45,198 bases of DNA from Candidatus Spyradenecus sp. (lineage in GTDB: Bacteria > Verrucomicrobiota > Kiritimatiellia > RFP12 > DVOR01). The notes below the pieces were generated by a model. That model saw nothing but the letters and a program-made list of their open reading frames with translations. It did not search any database and had not been told where the DNA came from. The stretch covers positions 1 through 45,198 of the forward strand of contig JBJFFT010000017.1 in NCBI GenBank assembly GCA_051891975.1, read 5' to 3'. This document shows, in pieces, positions 39,440 to 45,198 of this stretch. Each line of letters opens with the position of its first letter. Position 1 is the stretch's first letter. Position numbers and translations under genes: made by a program.

Positions 39440-42142
39440 TTACCAGATCTTGGGAGCGCCCTCGGCAGCCTTGTACTTCGGGCCGTAGTAGGCCTTAAGG
39501 TAGATCTCGCGGATCTCGGGGATCAGCGGGTAGCGGGGGTTGGCCGGGGTGCACTGATCGTCGAAGGCGTCCTCGGAGAGGGCGTCGAGGTTGCGGAGGA
39601 ACTCCTCCTCGGGCACGCCCCAGGCCTGGATGGAGTCGGGGATGTTGACCGACTTCTTGAGGGCCTCGATGCCGGCGACGAGGGCTTCGACCTTCTCGGC
39701 GTCGCTCTTCCCGTGGGCCAGGCCGAGGACATCGGCAACGCGCGCATAGCGGCTGCGGGCCATCGGGTAGGTGTACTGCGGGAAGATGGCCTGCTTGGAG
39801 GGATTCTCAACCGCGTTGTAGCGGATGATGTCGCAGATGAGCAGGGCGTTGGCGATGCCGTGAGGAATGTTGTACTTCGCGCCGAGCTTGTGAGCCATCG
39901 AGTGGCAGAGGCCGAGGAAGGCGTTAGCGAAGGCCATACCGGCGATGTTGGAGGCGTAGTGCATCTTCTCGCGGGCCTTCTTGTTGGAGGCGCCTTCGTC
40001 GTAGCTGAGCTTGAGGTACTTGAAGACCAGGCGGGCAGCTTCCAGCGAGAGGGCGTTGGACCACTCGGTGGAGAGCACGGAGACCATCGCTTCAAGGGCG
40101 TGCACCAGCGCGTCGATACCGGAGGCAGCGGTCAGGCCGCGAGGCATCGAGAGGACGAGCTCGGGATCGGCGATGGCCATATCGGGCGTCAGCGCGTAGT
40201 CGGCGATCGGGTACTTCTTGTGGGTGCGCGAGTCGGTGACGACGGCGAAGGGCGTCACTTCCGAGCCGGTGCCCGAAGTGGTGGGGATGGCGACCATAAT
40301 GGCCTTGGCGCCAAGCTTCGGGAAGGTGTAGATGCGCTTCTCGATGTCCATAAAGCGCATGGCCATATCCTCGAACTTGGCCTCGGGGTTCTCGTAGCGC
40401 AGCCACATCATCTTGGCAGCGTCCATCGGCGAGCCGCCGCCAAGGGCGATGATGAGGTCGGGCTTGAAGGAGTTCATCCGGCTGAGGCCTTCTTCGATGG
40501 TATCGGTGTCCGGGTCGGGCTTGACTTCGTAGAAGATCTCCACATCCATGCCCATATCCTCGAGGACGCTGGTCACCTTCTCGGTGTAGCCCAGGTCGAA
40601 GAGCGGCTTGTCGGTGACGAGGAAGGCGCGCTTGCGGCCGGTGATTTCGCGCAGGGCGAAGGGCAGGCAGCCATACTTGAAGTAAACCTTCGGCGGAACC
40701 TTGAACCAGAGCATATTCTCGCGGCGCTCGGCAATGGTCTTGATGTTCATAAGGTGCTTGATTCCAATGTTTTCAGAGACGGCGTTGCCGCCCCAGCTGC
40801 CGCAACCGAGGGTCAGCGAGGGCGCCAGCTTGAAGTTGTAGAGGTCGCCAATCGCACCCTGCGAGGCGGGGATGTTGACGAGCACGCGGCCGGTCTTAAC
40901 GATCGAGCCGTAGCTCTTGATGCGGTCGGTGTTGGCCGGGGAGGTGTAGAGCACCGAGGTGTGACCGAGGCCGCCGCCCTCGATGAGCTTCTTGGCCATC
41001 AGGGTGCCTTCCTCGAAGTTCTTGGCGCGGTAGAGGGCCAGGACGGGCGAGAGCTTCTCGTGCGAGAAGGGCTCTTCGGGGCCCATCGTGATCTCCTTGG
41101 TCTCGCCGATGAGCACCTTGGCTTCCTTGGGCACGGAGAGGCCGGCCATCTCGGCAATCTTCCACGCGGGCTGGCCGACGATCTTGGCGTTGAGGTGGCC
41201 GTCGATGAAGATCACCTCGGAGACCTTCTTACGTTCGGCGGGGCTGAGGATGTAAGCGCCGCGGGCGAGGAACTCCTGCTTGACGGTCTCATACATGCTG
41301 TCGACCACGATGACCGCCTGCTCGGAGGCGCAGATCATGCCGTTGTCGAAGGTCTTGGACATCAGAATCGAGGAGACTGCCATCTTGTAGTGGGCCGTTT
41401 CGTCGATGAGCGCCGGAGTGTTGCCCGCGCCCACGCCCAGGGCCGGCTTACCCGAAGAGTAGGCCGCCTTCACCATACCCGGGCCGCCGGTGGCGAGGAT
41501 GAGGTTGGTGTACTCGTGGTGCATCAGCGCGGCCGAGAGAGCCATCGTGGGCTCCTTGATGCAGCCAACGATCCCTTCCGGGGCACCGGCGCGCACGGCC
41601 GCGCGCTCGATGATCATCGCCGCTTCGTAGGTGGCGCGCTTGGCACGCGGGTGCGGCGAGAAGACAATGCCGTTGCGGGTCTTGAGGGCGATGAGCGCCT
41701 TGAAGATGGCCGTGGAGGTGGGGTTGGTGGTCGGAACAATACCGGCGATGATGCCGATAGGCTCGGCGAGGCGGCGGATGCCGTAGGTCGCGTCATACTC
41801 CAACTCGCCGCAGGTCTTGGCGTTCTTGTAGGAGTTGTAGATGTATTCAGAGGCGAAGTGGTTCTTGATGACCTTGTCTTCCACCACACCCATCCCAGTC
41901 TCTTCAACGGCGATCTTCGCCAGCTCAATACGATGGGCGCAAGCGGAGAGCGCGCACTCGCGGAAGATCTTGTCGACCTGCTCTTGCGTATAGGTGGCGT
42001 AGATGGCCTGGGCCTTCTTCACGCGCTCCATCAACGCATCGAGTTCGGCCAGCTGCGCGGCTTCGTCCACCACGGGCTTGGCGGGATTCACAGGGGCCGC
42101 GGCCTTCGCAGGCGCCTTCGCGGCGGCTTTCTTAGTTGCCAT
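39440..42142 (-). CDS. adhE: bifunctional acetaldehyde-CoA / alcohol dehydrogenase
   Basis: About 900 aa with an N-terminal ALDH domain (FSPHPRAKRATYEA, MICASEQAVIV) and a C-terminal Fe-ADH domain (IALGGGSPMDAAK, the CHSMAHKLG region). ATG 42142 is preceded by AAGGAG. The TTG at 42160 used by the track lies upstream of that SD. Confidence 0.92.
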   Translation of the reverse strand: MATKKAAAKAPAKAAAPVNPAKPVVDEAAQLAELDALMERVKKAQAIYATYTQEQVDKIFRECALSACAHRIELAKIAVEETGMGVVEDKVIKNHFASEYIYNSYKNAKTCGELEYDATYGIRRLAEPIGIIAGIVPTTNPTSTAIFKALIALKTRNGIVFSPHPRAKRATYEAAMIIERAAVRAGAPEGIVGCIKEPTMALSAALMHHEYTNLILATGGPGMVKAAYSSGKPALGVGAGNTPALIDETAHYKMAVSSILMSKTFDNGMICASEQAVIVVDSMYETVKQEFLARGAYILSPAERKKVSEVIFIDGHLNAKIVGQPAWKIAEMAGLSVPKEAKVLIGETKEITMGPEEPFSHEKLSPVLALYRAKNFEEGTLMAKKLIEGGGLGHTSVLYTSPANTDRIKSYGSIVKTGRVLVNIPASQGAIGDLYNFKLAPSLTLGCGSWGGNAVSENIGIKHLMNIKTIAERRENMLWFKVPPKVYFKYGCLPFALREITGRKRAFLVTDKPLFDLGYTEKVTSVLEDMGMDVEIFYEVKPDPDTDTIEEGLSRMNSFKPDLIIALGGGSPMDAAKMMWLRYENPEAKFEDMAMRFMDIEKRIYTFPKLGAKAIMVAIPTTSGTGSEVTPFAVVTDSRTHKKYPIADYALTPDMAIADPELVLSMPRGLTAASGIDALVHALEAMVSVLSTEWSNALSLEAARLVFKYLKLSYDEGASNKKAREKMHYASNIAGMAFANAFLGLCHSMAHKLGAKYNIPHGIANALLICDIIRYNAVENPSKQAIFPQYTYPMARSRYARVADVLGLAHGKSDAEKVEALVAGIEALKKSVNIPDSIQAWGVPEEEFLRNLDALSEDAFDDQCTPANPRYPLIPEIREIYLKAYYGPKYKAAEGAPKIW

Positions 42143-42185
42143 ACATTTCTCCTTTGTCAAGATGCTTTCGGCAATTCGGTATAGA

Positions 42186-42214
42186 AGTATCGATTATTCC
42201 GGCCAAAAAGTCAA
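42186..42214 (-). promoter_or_regulatory. sigma70-like promoter of adhE
   Basis: The minus strand reads TTGACT (42214-42209), 17-nt spacer, GATACT (42191-42186). The leader is about 40 nt, with AAGGAG. Confidence 0.5.
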
Positions 42215-42258
42215 GCACTTTTTACGCGCGGCGCTGTTCTACACATAATAAAGAACAG

Positions 42259-42338
42259 CCGACGTGCCCCACAGGGCGCGTCGGCCGGGGTGGAGCGTCC
42301 CACGCTCCCGAGGGGTGTGGGGGCGAGCAGCCCCCACA
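42259..42338 (+). repeat. M-module copy 3 (three hairpins) between dnaA stop and adhE promoter
   Basis: CCGACGTGCCccacaGGGCGCGTCGG, then CCGGGGT GGAGCGtcccacGCTCC CGAGGGG, then TGTGGGGGCgagcaGCCCCCACA. Confidence 0.8.
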
Positions 42339-42368
42339 AAAATCCCTATCCCGCCTGTTCCACACGCG

Positions 42369-43775
42369 TTAGTTCAACGCGGAAATCGGCAGACCCAGAT
42401 CGGTCAAGATAGCCTTCAGGGCGGTGACGGTCTGGTTATCGCCATTCTTGTAAAGGGCCTGGACGGTGGTGCAGGCGTGCGAGACGGTCGAGTGCTTGCG
42501 GTTGAAGAGCTTGCCGATCTCGGGGAGCGAGTCGGAAGTCATCTTGCGGCAGAGGAACATCGCCATTTGCCGCGGCAGGGCCACCTCGCGCTCGCGCCCC
42601 TCACCGAAGATCCGCGCCGGCACCACGTCGTAGTAACGGCAGACCTTCTCAATGATGTCCCGGCTCGTCAGCTGCACGATTGTCTCTTCATTCATCAGGA
42701 ACTGCTTGAGCACGCTCTTCTCTAGCGCATCGACCGTCACCGTGTACTCACGCCCCCTCGCCACCGTCTGCGCGTAGCGCACGGCAGTCGAGAGCGCCCC
42801 CTCCAGCGCACGCACGCTACTGCTCACCCGCCGCGCGATAAACTCCATCACCTCGCGGCTCAACGTCACCCCCGGATACCCGCGCAACTTCAGCTCCAGA
42901 ATGTTATATCGCGTCTCGTAGCCCGGAATATCCACATTCGTGCTAATCCCGCTCTGGAAGCGACTCACCAGGCGGTCCATAATATTCGGAATCTCCGTCG
43001 GCGCGCGGTCGCTCGTCATCACGATCTGCCGCCCTGCCTCCTTGAGGTCGTTGAAGATACTGAAGAACTCGTTCTGCAACCCCTCCGAGCGCGAGAGATA
43101 CTGAATATCGTCCACCAACAAAATATTCGGTTCCTTACGATACTTCCGCTGAAAGGCCTCAATCGCACGCGCCTTAGTCTGCTCATCGCCGCGCCACTGC
43201 TGCATATACTCGTTGGTCAACCGCTCGCTCGTCACATACAGCACCCGCAAACTCGGCTTGAGCTCCTTGGCCATATTCCCAATCGCGTGCAACAGGTGCG
43301 TCTTCCCCACCCCCGTCGGCCCATACATAAAGAGCGGATTGGTCCCATTCTGCTTATCCCCCGGCTTCTGCGCCACCATCCGCGCCATCGCCAAGGCAAA
43401 CTGATTGCACGGCCCCTCCACAAACCGGTCGAAGGTCAACGTCTCCATCAACGTCTCCTCCCCCGCATCCCCAGCATCCTGACGCGCCGGCTCAACCACC
43501 TGCTGCGCCACCGGCACCGGCTTCTCGCAAAAGACCACCTGCGTGACCTCCTCTCCCCCCGCCCGCTCCAGCGCCGCCGAGATGAAGTTCCCGAACAACC
43601 CCTCGATCTGCTTCCCGTTCTGCTGCCCCTCCGCCAACTCCACCACCAACTTCGATCCCTCCACCCGCAACGCGCGGCTCCCACCGAAATACTTCACCAC
43701 CGTCAACTCGGAAAGCATCTCGGTGAGGACCTTCAGGACCTCGTTCCACAACTGTTCAAATGTCAACTGACTCAT
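42369..43775 (-). CDS. dnaA: chromosomal replication initiator protein DnaA
   Basis: 468 aa. AAA+ Walker A MYGPTGVGKTHLLHAIGN and Walker B LLVDDIQYL. C-terminal DNA-binding signature LPEIGKLFNRKHSTVSHAC. Confidence 0.95.
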   Translation of the reverse strand: MSQLTFEQLWNEVLKVLTEMLSELTVVKYFGGSRALRVEGSKLVVELAEGQQNGKQIEGLFGNFISAALERAGGEEVTQVVFCEKPVPVAQQVVEPARQDAGDAGEETLMETLTFDRFVEGPCNQFALAMARMVAQKPGDKQNGTNPLFMYGPTGVGKTHLLHAIGNMAKELKPSLRVLYVTSERLTNEYMQQWRGDEQTKARAIEAFQRKYRKEPNILLVDDIQYLSRSEGLQNEFFSIFNDLKEAGRQIVMTSDRAPTEIPNIMDRLVSRFQSGISTNVDIPGYETRYNILELKLRGYPGVTLSREVMEFIARRVSSSVRALEGALSTAVRYAQTVARGREYTVTVDALEKSVLKQFLMNEETIVQLTSRDIIEKVCRYYDVVPARIFGEGREREVALPRQMAMFLCRKMTSDSLPEIGKLFNRKHSTVSHACTTVQALYKNGDNQTVTALKAILTDLGLPISALN

Positions 43776-43819
43776 CTCAGCCTATCCAATCTACCTCATG
43801 TCTGCCAAAAAACGCTCCT

Positions 43820-43828
43820 ATTATGGCA
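43820..43828 (-). promoter_or_regulatory. extended -10 (TGCCATAAT) upstream of dnaA
   Basis: The minus strand reads TGCCATAAT, about 44 nt before ATG 43775. Confidence 0.35.
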
Positions 43829-43855
43829 GGCTCCCCGCCCCCTGTCCAGCACCAC

Positions 43856-43986
43856 TTATCGACAATCTATCGACACCCTATCGACAGACTTATCGACAAC
43901 TACCTCACACCTAACCTATTCAATAATCAACAGATTACAACTCACCTATACAACTTATCTACACTGCACCTCCCCCTTTATCGACA
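43856..43986 (+). promoter_or_regulatory. six DnaA-box-like 9-mers, all in the same orientation
   Basis: TTATCGACA 43856-43864, CTATCGACA 43867-43875, CTATCGACA 43878-43886, TTATCGACA 43890-43898, TTATCTACA 43955-43963, TTATCGACA 43978-43986. Confidence 0.7.
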
Positions 43987-44000
43987 TCCCCTGACCATAA

Positions 44001-44025
44001 CCCCCCCCCCCCCCCCCCCCCCCCC
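44001..44025 (+). repeat. C25 homopolymer
   Basis: 25 consecutive C residues counted directly (44001-44025). Confidence 0.95.
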
Positions 44026-44080
44026 GCCGTGGAACCTTTTCTGTGTCGCATTTTCCCCTCTTATCCTCCTCTGTGCCACC

Positions 44081-44207
44081 CTGCGTCGCCTTTATGTGCC
44101 TTTCTCTTTGTGCTCTTTGTGTTCTTTGTGGTTGCTAATCTGCGTCGCCATTGTGTACCCTTTCCCTTCCTTTCTTTGTGCACTTTGTGTTCTTTGTGGT
44201 TGCTAAA
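44081..44207 (+). repeat. two tandem T-rich direct repeats (59 and 68 bp) with CTTTGTG sub-repeats
   Basis: Unit A 44081-44139: CTGCGTCGCCTTTATGTGCC..CTTTGTGCTCTTTGTGTTCTTTGTGGTTGCTAA. Unit B 44140-44207: CTGCGTCGCCATTGTGTACC..CTTTGTGCACTTTGTGTTCTTTGTGGTTGCTAA. Confidence 0.8.
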
Positions 44208-44240
44208 ACGGCGTACCTGTCGGCGTGCTCTCCCCCATCG

Positions 44241-44249
44241 TGGTATAAT
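44241..44249 (+). promoter_or_regulatory. extended -10 (TGGTATAAT) 9 nt upstream of the mnmG start codon
   Basis: TGG + TATAAT (44244-44249), then GCCGCCGCT, then ATG 44259. Confidence 0.5.
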
Positions 44250-44258
44250 GCCGCCGCT

Positions 44259-45050
44259 ATGACCACCACTCCCTCTACTCCCCACGATGTCCTCGTCGTT
44301 GGCGCAGGCCATGCCGGATGCGAAGCCGCCTTCGCCGCCGCCCGGATGGGCTGCAACACCCTCCTCGTCACCGCCCAACGCGACACCCTCGGCCTTATGC
44401 CCTGCAACCCTGCCGTCGGCGGACTCGCCAAGTCCCATCTCGTCGTTGAACTCGACGCCCTCGGCGGCGAAATGGGCCTCAATGCCGACCTCACCGGCCT
44501 CCAATATCGCACCCTCAACGCCTCACGCGGACCCGCCGTCCGTGCCGTCCGGATCCAGTGCGACAAGGCGGCCTACTCCCGCCGCCTCGCCCAAGTCGCC
44601 GCCTCCCTCCCCACCCTCACCCTCCTCGAAGGCCTCGTTACAGATCTCCTCCTCGATCCCTCCCCTACCCCACCGCACACGCTCCCCCGCGGCGTCATCC
44701 TCGCCGACGGCCGCCAAATCCTCGCCAAAACCATCGTCATCACCTCCGGAACCACCCTCGGCGGACGCATCTGGATCGGCCACAACGGTCGCGATGGCGG
44801 CGGTGATGCCCGCCCCGCCATCCCTCTTCCCGAGACCCTCCGCAACCTCTCCCCCACCCTACAATGGCGCCGACTCAAAACCGGCACCCCGCCGCGCCTC
44901 TGGAATCACACTGTCAACTGGTCCGCTATTCCCCAACAACCCGGCGAAACCGACCCCATCCCCTTCTTCTCCCGCCGCGCACGCCTCGCGCAACAGCGTG
45001 AAGCGGAGTCGACAGTCGACAGTCAACAGTCAACATATTTCAACACTAGT
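44259..45050 (+). CDS. mnmG: tRNA uridine-5-carboxymethylaminomethyl synthesis enzyme MnmG (GidA), N-terminal ~250 residues only; frame closed by a repeat block
   Basis: Not in the supplied track; found by hand translation. MTTTPSTPHDVLVVGAGHAGCEAAFAAARMGCNTLLVT..MPCNPAVGGLAKSHLVVELDALGGEMG..LNASRGPAVRAVRIQCDK..RLKTGTPPRL. In-frame TAG at 45048-45050, after the frame enters the heptamer array at 45009. Confidence 0.8.
45009..45036 (+). repeat. GTCGACA/GTCAACA heptamer array (E-element-type arm) inside the mnmG reading frame
   Basis: GTCGACAGTCGACAGTCAACAGTCAACA. This is the same arm type as 3285-3301. Confidence 0.8.
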
Positions 45051-45096
45051 GTTCCACGTGGAACAGGGCAATCTTCGGATGTTCCACGTGGAACAT
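45051..45096. repeat. two identical 16-bp perfect palindromes spaced 30 bp apart
   Basis: TGTTCCACGTGGAACA at 45051-45066 and 45081-45096. Confidence 0.9.
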
Positions 45097-45117
45097 CTTC
45101 TGCGGCGTGCTTATTAC

Positions 45118-45198
45118 CGACGTGCCCGCAGGGCGCGTCGGCCGGGGTGGAGCGTCCCACGCTCCCGGGGTGCAGGGCGAGTAGCCCTGCCCAGGGTT
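45118..45198 (+). repeat. M-module copy 4 (runs to the window edge)
   Basis: CCGACGTGCCcgcaGGGCGCGTCGG, then CCGGGGT GGAGCGtcccacGCTCC CGGGG, then TGCAGGGCgagtaGCCCTGC. Confidence 0.8.

Larger units (their letters stand above)
43776..44258. other. candidate chromosomal replication origin (oriC) between dnaA and mnmG
   Basis: A 483-bp non-coding gap flanked by dnaA and mnmG. It contains a DnaA-box cluster, a C25 tract and T-rich direct repeats that could serve as an unwinding region. Confidence 0.65.

Noticed and set aside
39713-42184. 823-aa plus-strand ORF
   Set aside because: Antisense shadow of adhE. The sequence is G/V/D/L-rich and low-complexity, whereas the minus strand encodes a full-length, motif-rich AdhE.

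Overview
GC-rich bacterial chromosome segment that spans the replication origin. The origin region holds dnaA (42369-43775, minus strand), six same-orientation TTATCGACA-type DnaA boxes, a C25 homopolymer, T-rich direct repeats and then mnmG/gidA. Housekeeping genes present are folC, two pseudouridine synthases, a TrmH-type methylase, a TonB-like protein, hisB-hisC, dsbD, grpE-dnaJ, purB and adhE. There is an eight-gene CDP-hexose operon: rfbF-rfbG-rfbH, a ThDP enzyme, an SDR, then a GT2 / GtrA / polytopic-membrane trio. An AT-richer accessory stretch (about 23.8-30.7 kb) carries two DUF4143-type AAA ATPase genes, each bracketed by long direct repeats, plus a secreted esterase, an iteron / DnaA-box-like repeat field and a DUF3800 gene. 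A tightly packed operon encodes a DHQS-like protein, a Ser/Thr kinase, an HExxH membrane protein and a sirtuin. The most unusual property is the non-coding DNA. Almost every intergenic region is built from a small set of modular repeats, roughly 3.5-4 kb by my hand tally. The modules are: 20-22-nt hairpin arrays with a conserved linker and co-varying stems; 22-bp CCTAGG tandem arrays ending in hairpin+T5 terminators; heptamer-armed palindromic elements; and a triple-hairpin module. One such block appears to interrupt mnmG. Caveats: everything comes from reading sequence and translations by eye, and no database searches were run. The supplied ORF track omits two real ORFs (1-491 minus, 44259-45050 plus) and contains many long antisense ORFs typical of high-GC DNA. 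No rRNA, tRNA or CRISPR array was recognised.
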